NCBI RefSeq assembly: GCF_001194135.2
Contig: NC_068984.1
Location: forward strand, 104,069,991-104,133,990
Length of the DNA: 64,000 nucleotides
From: Octopus bimaculoides
Taxonomy: Eukaryota
Reading direction: 5' to 3'
The notes beneath the pieces were generated by a model, which was not told the origin of the DNA, did not search any database, and saw only the letters and a program-made list of their open reading frames with translations. Below, piece after piece: positions 39,601 through 52,759 of this stretch (position 1 is its first letter; each line of letters begins with the position of its first letter). A program made the position numbers and the translations under genes.

Positions 39601-41913
39601 TCCTATATTAATTGATTAACTATTTGGGAGAATATTATGTCTCCTACCACAATAAATATTTTGAACTTCTCAGTGTGTGTATGTGTTTTTATATATANNN
39701 NNNNNNNNNNNNNNNNNNNNNNNNNNNNNNNNNNNNNNNNNNNNNNNNNNNNNNNNNATATATATGCATATGCCTCTGTTTGTGTGTGTCTGTTTTTTTG
39801 TTTTTTTTTTTGTTATGCAGGGTGATTGCTTTGTTAATATCTTTACTGGCTCTTAAGCAAAGAGTTTGGAGACATTTAGAAAAATCTAAGAGAAATATAT
39901 CTTTTTAAAAAGATGTGAAAATGCAAATGGTAATATAGATAGTATTATGTGGTTAAAAATATTCTTTAGGCAGAAAAAAGTGGACAAAATCCCCTACAAG
40001 AATCAAATCACATGTTTGTTGAATGCCAAACAGCCAAGACACCATTGAAATACCCTATCTTTGTAACTGTCAACAGATCTACTAACAGAGGTCCATCAAA
40101 TTTTCATTACAAAAAGGCTGCAAATCTCCTTGTCAAGTGAAAAGTAAGCAGTGGATAATGAAAAAAAAAAAAGAGTCTAAAAATCTGACTGTAGTTAACA
40201 CTGGAAGTTAGGTGTATGAAGATGATAACTGCATAAAAGATTTTAATTCCTTGTGGTTTTGCATTTTTAATATTATATACACCATTTTATTATTCTAAAG
40301 AACATATCAAATATCTAAAATTTTTGAGTGATTAGCTTACCTCAGTTTCACTTAAAAGCATATTTGAACGGTAGATAAATTGATGTGCAGAAATTTTGAG
40401 ACAGTTATAATGTTGCCAGAATATAAGTTTTTTTGTTTGTTATAATATGTTTGCTTTACACATGTATATTGAATGAATATGAATTAATTTCAGGTAATAA
40501 AGGTGCTGTAGCAATATCCATGTACTTCAACGGAACGTCCATATGCTTTATCAATTCACACCTTGCTTCACGGAGTGAAAGACTAGCCAGGTAACCAAAT
40601 ACGATTTCAACTGTGGTTTGGAATTTCATTTCTGTTAACTTAGCTAATTTAGCCTTTTATTTATATATATATATATATGTACATACACACACACACACAC
40701 ACACATATTTATATACACACACACATACAACTATATATATATACACATACATCTATATATATATATATATATATACATACACACATATATGTATATAGAC
40801 ATATACACATCTATATATACACGCACACACATATATAAGTTCAAATAGAGTTTGCAAACCTCATTAAGGGATAATAATTTCCAATGAATATACTGGTTTG
40901 ATACCTATTACAAGAAGTATTGAGTATTAAAATTGATATTCAACTGTCAGGTAACTGGATAAACTGGGGTTTATATATATATTTTTTTTAAAAAAGACAA
41001 ATAGAGAGATAATTAAATTAATAATTCTTTATTAATTATAAAATTGGACATCATCTCTGACAGCTGTTTCGATTCCAGGTTTTAGAAATTAATAGACTTA
41101 ACCGAACACAACATTGCTGATTCAAAAACATCTATATTTATACTTTAAAGTTTGTTTTCACACCCACCCCAGTTCTGCAGAATCAGTGTTGTAGCGGGAG
41201 CGAATAGGTTGGGTGTTTGATTGGCAGAGGTGATCAGGTTGCATATGCCAGCCCTTTTGAAAACACCACCCCCATCATCTAACCCTCCTTTGCCCATGGG
41301 TTGGAAACTCTTCCAGCAAGGAAAATAGAATGCCCAAAAGGGCTCCCAATCCTCTGTGTCAGAAGCAGTTGTGTTCAGATCACAACTAAGTCTTAAGTAT
41401 ATATATATATATATATATATGGGCAACACACACACACAAACACATACGTACATACACCTATTGCATACATGTTTTTTGTACGCCCTTGCCCTTGTTCCCC
41501 CCCCTACCCGAGTAATACCCTCAATTGAGGCAAATTTGGCACTCGGATGTAAGTTTTGTAAGAGGAATAAAGAGGCCTACCTTCTCCCACAGAGATGTGA
41601 GAGTCAGATCTCTCCTTTCGAACACATGAACAGTTTCGAAACATTNNNNNNNNNNNNNNNNNNNNNNNNNNNNNNNNNNNNNNNNNNNNNNNNNNNNNNN
41701 NNNNNNNNNNNNNNNNNNNNNNNNNNNNNNNNNNNNNNNNNNNNNNNNNNNNNNNNNNNNNNNNNNNNNNNNNNNNNNNNNNNNNNNNNNNNNNNNNNNN
41801 NNNNNNNNNNNNNNNNNNNNNNNNNNNNNNNNNNNNNNNNNNNNNNNNNNNNNNNNNNNNNNNNNNNNNNNNNNNNNNNNNNNNNNNNNNNNNNNNNNNN
41901 NNNNNNNNNNNNN

Positions 41914-41980
<67 letters not shown>

Positions 41981-44900
41981 GGGCAACACACACACACGTA
42001 CGTACACCTATTACATACATGTTCGTGTGTGTGTGTGTGACTGAAGCTATTCACCCGTACATACATACATAACAATGCCTCTGTCTCTTTCTGTCTGTCA
42101 GTCACTCACTAAAAAGACAAAATTAAAAAAATCTGAGAGCAACAGATAACAATAATTCATTGCTAAAAGGGGACTTAATTCATGTTTGCAAATAATGGTG
42201 GATTTCTCCGACTTGAAAATTGTTAGAAGTTGTGGTTCAAAATTATATTTACTGCCATTTGCTGGTGCCTCAGGGGAAAATAATTTAACAAAAATACAGC
42301 TAGGGTCGTGACGAATGTCTTCCTAAAATCTGAGCGACATGCATGCTAATTTTTGGACGTGCATAAATTACATTCACGTACACACACATACACACATCCA
42401 GCCTTTTATATATATACAGATATATATATATATACACACACACACACATATATATGATAAATATATTATATATCATCATCATCATCATCATATATATTAT
42501 ATATATATATAAACTCTTCTCCCTGGAACAAAGGCGGGAGAGATATGCAGTGATATACATCTGGAAAATTCTAGAAGGCTTTGTACCAAGCTTTGACATT
42601 GAAAGTTACTCAAACTGCAGAACAGGGTGCCCCTGCATAGTGCCAAAGATCCCAGCATCGACCAGTATCCTAGATACTGCAATAGCTTGGGCTTCAAGGG
42701 CCCACAGCTCTTTGATATCCTTCCAAAATGCCTGATGAACTCAATGAAAATCAGAAATAGCAACTTTTGGAAGCCTGTATTATACTACTTTCTCGTCACA
42801 AAAATGAATCATTTTTTAATCAAACTGTAACGTGTGACGTAGACGAGCCACAAAAACACAGTCCAAAAAGCAAAATTCATCCAAAGAAGCTGATGGTGTG
42901 TGTTTGGTAGTCTGGCACAGGTGTGATCCATTATGATTTCATTAAAACTGGCTCATCAACCACGGCCAAAATATACTGCAGCCAACTGTATCAAATGATG
43001 CAGAAACTTACAAAAGAGCAGCCTAGATTAGTCAACAGATCCAATCCTATTTAATTGCAAGACAAAGCCAGACCACACATCCCAAAAATGACATTAGCGA
43101 AACTACAAGGGTTGGAGTTGGAAGTTGTCCATCATCCACCACATTCACCTGATCTTGCCCCCACTGACTACCACTTCTTCCAGAATTTGGATAACATATT
43201 GATAGGAAAAGAATTTAATTCCGACAATGCTGTAAAACAGGCCTTCTAAAATTTTATTGACTCTAGATTGCCAGGCTTTTACAGTTCCAGGCTGGACAAG
43301 CTACCACTGAAATGGCAAAAGTGTATTGACAATATGGGTGCATACTTTGATGAATAAAACTATTCTTTGTATTTATAAAACATTAGCAAACTTTTTTTCT
43401 TTTCTACAAATTTCATACTTGAAGACCTAATACATATATANNNNNNNNNNNNNNNNNNNNNNNNNNNNNNNNNNNNNNNNNNNNNNNNNNNNNNNNNNNN
43501 NNNNNNNNNNNNNNNNNNNNNNNNNNNNNNNNNNNNNNNNNNNNNNNNNNNNNNNNNNNNNNNNNNNNNNNNNNNNNNNNNNNNNNNNNNNNNNNNNNNN
43601 NNNNNNNNNNNNNNNNNNNNNNNNNNNNNNNNNNNNNNNNNNNNNNNNNNNNNNNNNNNNNNNNNNNNNNNNNNNNNNNNNNNNNNNNNNNNNNNNNNNN
43701 NNNNNNNNNNNNNNNNNNNNNNNNNNNNNNNNNNNNNNNNNNNNNNNNNNNNNNNNNNNNNNNNNNNNNNNNNNNNNNNNNNNNNNNNNNNNNNNNNNNN
43801 NNNNNNNNNNNNNNNNNNNNNNNNNNNNNNNNNNNNNNNNNNNNNNNNNNNNNNNNNNNNNNNNNNNNNNNNNNNNNNNNNNNNNNNNNNNNNNNNNNNN
43901 NNNNNNNNNNNNNNNNNNNNNNNNNNNNNNNNNNNNNNNNNNNNNNTATATATATATGTACATACATACATATATGAGTACAGGACGTCACCAACTGTAA
44001 ACGACATGAAGTACGAAAACAAATGAGCTGAATACACAAACAACGAGAGTATAAATGGAAAACAGGACAAGTAACACAAAGAATGACCTTTCATCAGTTG
44101 TCAGTTATCTATCTACTCCTCATTTTGAGCATTCAACAGCAATATGAGTCTTTGAAGACAGTTGCTCCCATAACTTCCAAAATATAATTTGGGATTTATA
44201 GTGGGTCAAAGTCGGGAACAAAAACAAGACAGTGGAGACATATAAGGAAACTGAATGAAAACAAACATGGAGGGTTGTTAGACCAGAACGAGGGGAAAAT
44301 GTTGAATGCTGGGAGAAATATTTTCTTTGAAAAGAGAAGAGATAGAAGGCATCCAGTCCTTGGGACATTATGCAGGAGAAGAAAGATGGACGATGGTCAC
44401 CTGTGAGCAATGAGAGAGAGAGGGGCAGATAGAAAACGGTGGAGGGGAGAAAAAGAGAATTAGAAAAGGATGGGGGAGAAAAACAGTACAGGGAAGAGTT
44501 GCATGAAAAAGGTTACAATAAACTTACTTAGAAATGGATGCGTCACGTTCAATTAAATAATGATATAAATAATATATATATATATATATATATTCTCTCC
44601 TTCCTTTCCTGAGCGTCCAATAACACTATCCGTATCACGTCCACACTTTGTTGTTTTTTTGTGTTTTTTTGAAACTATATATATATATATATGTGTGTGT
44701 GTATATGTATGTATGCATATAGGGCGTCACCAACTGTAAACAACATCAAGTATGAAAACAAATGAGTGGAATACGCGAATGTGAAAAAAAATATGAGAAA
44801 CAGGACAAGTAACACAAAGAACGAATCCTTCATCAGTTGTCAGCTGTCTATCTACTCCTCGTTTCAAGCATTCAACTACATTATGAGTCTTCGAAGACAG

Positions 44901-47900
44901 TTGCTCCCATAACTTCCAGAATAAAATTTTGGATTTATGGAGGGTCAAAGTTGGGAACAAAAACAGGACAGTGGAGACATAAGGAAACTGAACAAAAACA
45001 AACATATATGTATATATATACATTTTTCGTCATGTGAATCATTATTCCCTAGAAAAAAATTTTTTTTCCTCTTATTCCTTTCTGTCAGAGCTTAGGCTCG
45101 AAACCTAAAAGACTTTTCCATTGTTCCCAAGTGTTAAACTAATACACCTGCTTATTGTTGCTATACCTGTCTTTGTCTTTTGTTTACTGTAAATTTGAAC
45201 TATATATGTCTATATATATGTATTGTGTGTGTGTGTGCATGCATGTATTTATTTTAGCAAACATGCTGACAAATTTGTTATCTTTATGATTAAATTGAAT
45301 GAAAGTACTCATGCAAGTATATTACAATCTAAAATTTGCAAGTGTCACATAAGTTTGAGCAATGTTATAGTTTGTGAGGGTTTGTGCTTTCTATAGATTA
45401 GTGGGATTACCATGAAGATTCTAAGCTCTTTGCGCTTGATGGTTTAACTGTATATTGTTTAAGAGGAGAAGAAATGAAGTATTGGGAATTTGCTTTATTG
45501 AGATGTATGGTGGCTGTGTTTTGGTGCTGTTCAATGAGACTGAAATATCTAGTACACATTGCAGAATGTATAGAGTAACCTACATTCCTGTTAGATGGGA
45601 GATTTTGAGATTGCATTATGTTGGAGGGAGGGTAAACATGTTGAGTTTGATCGAATAGAAATAAAAGCTATTAGATTATTTTGTGATGATTAAAAACAAG
45701 AGAGCTCTATGAACATTATCATGACAAAGTGACCTGACAAGAAACTTGTGTTCCAGCTAACTCATGATAGTTAGCATCTATTAATAAGAAGCTTTTTATA
45801 CAAGTCATAGTCAAAGATTTTCTTTTTAAGAGCAATAACTTTACTTTCATTCAAATTTTCAAATGTAGAAAAGACACTGGGATAGGAAATGGCCTCATAG
45901 GTTGGCAATACAGAAATAGGACTGCACTAGTTGTTACTGAGGATAGAAAAAACATCAGTGTGACAAGTGACGTAATCGTTTTTTATCATATCTGAAGATA
46001 TTGAAGAGAGTGATAAACAGCAGTGGGAAAGAAGAGATGAATAGTTTCCTTGCTCAGATGACCTAATTTCTTGTTTCAATATCTCAGGATAAACAGCTAT
46101 AGCAGTAATAAAGATGACCTGAATAAAAGAACCAAACAAATCAAAAATGGGATATATGCAACTGTTTTCTTTCTATTTTAGACGCAATCAGAACTATCGT
46201 GATATTATAAAAGGCCTATCTCTAGGGCAGAAACACCTGAATGTATTTGATGTAACAAATCAATTCCATCACGTATTTTGGTTTGGAGATTTAAATTATC
46301 GAGTTGAAGAAAACATCCATGTAAATTATAAATTCAATTCTTCCTTGTTTTATTATTTATATTTAAGTAGCAATTGTTAATATGAATGTTAATAACATTC
46401 TTACATGCTAACCAAGAATTTTAAAGACTAATATTAATAAGCTCCATATGAAATCTTAGTATATATTTTCACTGCTGCGTTTATTTTTTACAAATATTAA
46501 TGGCTCATTTTGTTTTACCTGATTACTATTTGATGATGCAAAATTCAAGATATAAGAAAACTTAAAATAAAATATTACTTGAAATAAGAATATTTATATA
46601 ATTAATTCTACTAAGGAAACAAACACTTTGAGAATTGACATATAGAAAGTGAAAGCCTTTTTTAATTGAATACTTGTATTTAGTAGGATTTTCATTATTA
46701 TATGCTTCTGTTCGTTAATCCTTTCATTATTAAGTTCATTTATTTTCCTGTAAATATAAACTTCTTAAATTCTTTAATAAAGGCTTTGAATTCTAAATTG
46801 ATAATAAAAGATAAAGGAGCCTTTAAAAAGAATAAGTTGTCAGAATGAACCGAGGTGGCCACATCTAGTTGAATGTCTGTTCAGACATTTGCTTGATTTT
46901 TCACCAGTAACATTGTTATAGAATTTAGATATTTTTCTAAATTATGTTAGTGATAGATATCCTGTATAGAGGAAAAAATGCCTGGAAATAATAGATGACA
47001 GAAAATATTGAATACGGGAAGAACTATGTCTCTTTATTCATTTCCAAATATTTTTCTGAACTTCCATGTCATAGGATTGAACCCAAAACTATATGGTTGG
47101 GAAGCAAACTTCTTAACTACATAGTTATTCCTGCACTTATTCTAACCTTTTAGCAATTCATTGTAGATATTCAGAGATATACCAAGACTCTCTGCTGACA
47201 TTTTTGAACACATGGTTTTAGTTAAGGTCCCTTATACAGAGCCATAGGTAAAAACTAGCATTTCACTAAATCTTTCAATTTTATAAGCTCTGACACAAGA
47301 CAAGGTATTAGCTTAAACCATACAGTTACAGCATTTTAGTCCAATGTGACAAATCATTAAAGTTTAATAACACCAATAAATAAAATGTATCATAATTCAG
47401 AAATGAACTTTACTATTTATAATTCTGTTGTTGACGTACTTTGTTTTTGTTTTGTTTTTTATGAAGTTTAATTATTTGAATAAGTTTTCTTCTTTTTACT
47501 TTGAGATTAAGAAGTAAAAATATAAAATAAAGTATTTAAAATATCATTATTTTAACTGATCATAATTGCACACTTTGCCTTAGGCATGAATGAAAATATG
47601 CTTCAAATTTATTTTTAAAGAGTTTAAAAGAAATGTAGAACTTGGTTCAAAATCCTTGATAAAATGTTTTCTTTTATAGTAGTTACTTATTCACCTTTTC
47701 TTTCCCTCGTAGTGTGTTTTGAATAAGCTACAAGAAGGAGACATTGATAGTTTGCTTATTCTAGATCAGCTTAAAATGACCCAGGATTGTAAAGATGCCT
47801 TTGTTGGATTCCGTAAGTTGACTTGACTTATTGAAAATATATGAATAACATTTTTCTTTTATTGAGCTGAAACTGATGTTTATTATAATAGAGTTCTTTT

Positions 47901-50900
47901 TTATGTAGCATATCATGTCAGAAAATATAATCATCAAGGACATGTAGAATGCTTTAAATGGAGATTACATTATTACATTCTCATTCCTAAAGAGTGTGAG
48001 GATAATTAGGGAATGAATCTGAATTGTCATGATAAGAATGTCAAAACACAAGTGGTATGAATGTAAGATGAAAATATATTGTTAATCCTTTCTTATATAA
48101 TAATACCTGATATAAAAGTTGGTTGAGTTCTCCAGTCACACTTTACATCATACAGAGGAAAGAGTAGAGAGAATATTAGTGGGATACAGATAGAGTTATC
48201 ATAAGAGATGCAGGATGAGTCCACATATTAGGCTTTGTGGCATGCAATGAGTAAAAGAATGCCCACCACACACACACAAAGTAAGAGAAAAAGAATCATA
48301 GGAACAGAAGAGGTGAAGAGGGAATAAATAAGTATTTATGAGGGAGGAATTCTACAAGTGAGAAATAAGGAGTAATTCTATTTTAAGGTTAAAAATATTT
48401 TTCTTTTGAAAATTAGTATTCTTTTCACCATCTGGTATAAGCATCAACAAATTTGATAAAAGTTACATTATGATCATTGTATGTATGCCATATTTTCTGA
48501 CATGGTGGCAAAATTATACTTGCAAAGTTACCCGTCATATCAAATATCTTACAACACATCATGTTTTTCAAATATATTTTTAACATTTTCCACAATTATC
48601 AGTATTTCATAAATTCTTCTGAATATTGCTATGCAGTAAAAGAATCCACTTCACAATCACATTCCAGGTTCATTCACACTGCATTGGGCATATGTCTTCT
48701 GCCGAAGCCTTATAAGTGAAATTTGTTAGATGGAAACCGTGGAAGCTCATTAGGTGGTGGTGTATGGTTTAATGATTACTGATTTCTGAATAAGACCTAG
48801 ATGGAGCCAGAGGCTCAAAACAGCTTGGAGAAAGAAGATATGGAAACTTAAAGAACCATTGAACTGTCAGATGTTCTTTGTTTGTGGATATTACCTTACC
48901 AGTATAAATAATTTAAAAAGCTAGGCCATAATTGTCTATGATTTTCTCTTTGATATATTGCTCTTAAATCTTAGACAAAATAATAAAAATGAAGCTTTTG
49001 CCATCCAACAGTATGTTAGTAATAGATGAAATGTTATAATATATGAAACCCAATTTCTTAGATACCTGCATATTGTTAAAATAAAGCAACATTTGGTGTG
49101 AACTGATAGTTTGTTTCTATTTTAACAGGTGAAGAGGCTATCACATTCCTTCCTACATACAGAATGGAACGAGGGGCAAAAGGCAAATTGGTTTATAACT
49201 GGAGGAAAGTGAAAAAAACCACTGGAGTAAGCTGATTATTATATATGTAAACTTTTTTTTTAAATAGTTTTTTTTTCATATCAATAAATAATGATGTAAG
49301 TTGAACATTGTCTTAAATTGCTGAAAGTCATAAACTAACACAGATAAAGACTACAACTGCAAATCATAATTATAGAGTGGTCCCAAAGGTAGCATTCTCA
49401 CATCTTTTTTTTTTTTTTTTTTTCTATACAAAAACAGGTGACAGGAATTTTGTAAAAATTTTGGATGGATGGGTCCTTTGTTGTCTGTTTTCTGCATCTG
49501 AAAGGAAGAGAATTGAAGTAATTATATTTGATGATGTTTGAAGGGTTCTCCCTCACGGTTAGGTGTTCACACCTGGTCACTCCACTATAATACAGAGCAC
49601 TAACATGGCAGTCTGGTACATTATTTTTTTTCCTGGATGCTTTTGCTATTGCCAACCACTTTACAGCATGGATGGATGCATTTTATTATGCTACTAATAC
49701 TAGAGAGATAGTTTTTTTTTTTCTTTTTTTTTTTCTTGCTGGACTAAAGTGTCCTTCTACACTGTATTAGCTTTTAATTTAGAGCTTCTGCTCTCCTACA
49801 CCAGTTGCCTTTGCTACAGCATCCAGAAACAATGTCTCCTCCATGAGGTCAGGACAGAATCCTAGCTTATTAATTTTCTTATGTTTATTTCTGTCCTCTC
49901 TAATTTTATAGATTTTTATTTTTACATACACTTTACAGAAGTGTTTTTCTGTTTTTTTAGGATCGTATTAATGTGCCTTCCTGGTGTGATAGGGTTATGT
50001 GGCGATCTTATCCTGGAACGTTTATAGAAAATATAGCATATGGTAAGTGAAATTATATTCATTTCAATTATTATTAATCAAGATTTGTTATCATTACACC
50101 CCTGTAAACAAACTTTTAAAAAATGAAATTGCAAATATTTTGATGTGTAATTTGTATGAAATGAAATCTTAAGTTATTCATTGTGTGTTCCAATTCATTG
50201 ATATTTCAAATAGTGTATATTTGATAAAATGTGTTAAGTTGTGGTTAGTTATTGTCAATGAAATCAAAGCTTAAATTATTGAGACTTGTGTGATGCAATT
50301 AAATTTGATTTAAAGGGCAAAATAGCCATTATTGCTAATCCTTTCAAATATTCCAAGATGCATAATCACATAAAACATAGATAATTCCTGGAAAATAAAA
50401 CTGATCAAAATTAACTAAGTTTACTTTTTCATCTATTCTAAAATTTGATTTTATACCATAAAAGTAGAGGAAAATCAAGTAAGGGAAAACTTTTATTGAA
50501 TATTAAATATACACTTATATATAACTTTCACCTACTCCCCATTATCTAGTCTGACAGCTTTCAATGTAATAAAAAGCTACATTAAGCCATACACACTCTC
50601 TCTCTCCCTCTACTGGAAGCTCACATTTATAGCTTGATGGAGAGAACTAGTATCCTTAACATCATGGTAGACTTCGACAGTAATGACTCATCCAGGCTGA
50701 ATGGCTTGGCAACTAATCTCAGTACCACCACTATCATGTTAACAGTCTCAGTTTGCAATCCCTGGACTAGCACCACATCTCAGAGACAACCATAGACTGG
50801 ACTGCTACAGTAAACTGACCTTTCTTTTACAGACAGCTTGAACACCTTTACTATCATTATGACAAGGTGTTACTCCACTGCTATCGCAATAAATAATCTA

Positions 50901-52710
50901 GGTAGCTAAACCCTCTTTGCCTTGTCCCATGGAGACACTTCTCCTCTCCTATTGCCCCCATACCAACAAGCTAGGGACTTTCATTGCAGGTTACCTAACT
51001 TGGATGGAGCACAGTAACTTCAAATAAGAAATAGTAAAGGAGACTCTTTAATTCATTCTCTAGAAGATAATTTCTCTACTGTGAGTGGTGGTGGCATGAT
51101 AAAATGCATCTAGTTTTGTAAAACATACCAAATACCAAAGTTTGGACAGTTTTCTTTGCTGTGCATACAAGATGATGCAGACTGTTGTAACCCATCCAAC
51201 TCATGGCAGGAGTGATGGTAGTGGTGGTGGTGATGGCAGCAGCAGTTGTTGTTGTTCTTCTTGAATCTTTAAAAGAAAAACAACTATCCATTTTAATTTA
51301 GTTTCCAATTAACGTGTTATCTGCTTCAGTATAAAAAGACTTTGCTTGAGTGGAGATTTCAACTTACTGCTGGTTAGTTTTATGATTTGGATGACCTTTG
51401 GTATTAGCTCATCAAGGCATTAAACATATCGCTTCTAGATGAACGATGATTGTGTCCATTTGGAAACATATAAGTTGATGAAACATTTTAAAATATTTCC
51501 CAATTATAAAAATCAAAATGATGACAAATTATAGTGTTGTAAAGTAATTTACTTTATCAATGGAATTGAGTAGTTTTGTCTTTTCTACATTTTGTGTCTG
51601 CTCCTTAATCCTTGTTTTTTGTGGGGGGTTTTCCATTTGGAAACAATTAATAAACATATTTCTGTGCTTACTACTGAATATTTTCATAAGTTCATTACTT
51701 ATTTTAAAACTGAAGCTTTAATTGACACATTGAATAGATATTATCAAAAACCAAGGTGGAATTTAATCAAGCCATATCTGACCCAAATACTTTACCTGTT
51801 TTATGTTCAAACCAGCCAGATCCAACCTGTTACCCCTCCCTACAATGTCATTCTAAAAATAAACCATTACATCATTGAAATTTCAAAGCTATGAGACCAT
51901 GCAGGATTAATTCAAAACAATGTGAATAGATAAACATAACTTTTGATAGAGTAATCTGAATGCTAAAGGGTTAAACAAGTTATGAAAGTCAAATCAATTG
52001 ACATTTTTTACTGACTTTTTCCTAATCTCATTGCCAGTCTAAATGATGATTATTTGTATGTAAATTAAAATTACAATGCTTCAAGGGTGAACTAGATAAT
52101 AAAAGGCATTCCTTTTCTGTATCTTTTATGAAATTTATCATTCACATTTCTTCATATTTTCTGTAAGTTTACCTTGTATATTTTCACTTAAACCTAGCTA
52201 TATCCTTGATCAGCTCACCTAAATGTGTCATTTTTACACCTCTAAATATGAAAAGATATTGCCAACTTGCATCAATGAGGTTAGAGTTTTTTTTATTTAA
52301 TTGAGTTCTTCACTAGCATATCCTTAATCTTTAATTTCCTCCATCTATCAGCACACTAACTTGCTAGTTCCTACATAAAGTAAATTATTAATAGTAATAT
52401 TAAAGTTCCCTATTTTATAATTCTATGTTATTAATTCCAGGCTGTGCCGACGATATATTGAGCAGTGATCACCGGCCAGTATTCAGTTCTTTTAATATTG
52501 GCATAGCCTCACAGTTTATTACCAACAGAGAATCTTTGGTTGATCAAACATCTGTCCGCATTATCTTTGATCTTGTCCAAGCAGAGGTATATATTGTTTT
52601 ATATATCAAATTAGATCAAATATAAATTTATTTTCATTATAGATGCATTTCAAATAACTATAATATATACTATACAGTTTCTTTAGTATGTGTATCTATC
52701 TATCTATCTA

Positions 52711-52759
<49 letters not shown>

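Noticed and set aside
1200-44094. Long ORFs containing X runs or YIYI/CVCV/THTH/poly-S/V/L strings
   Set aside because: Produced by N gaps and microsatellites; no protein-family signal.
44080-44860. CTGATGA on the minus strand of both 290-bp repeats as a hammerhead core
   Set aside because: No stem II-GAAA follows it, so the ribozyme fold cannot be built.
50560-51000. Possible LINE endonuclease remnant
   Set aside because: Too degraded to translate into a recognisable motif with confidence.
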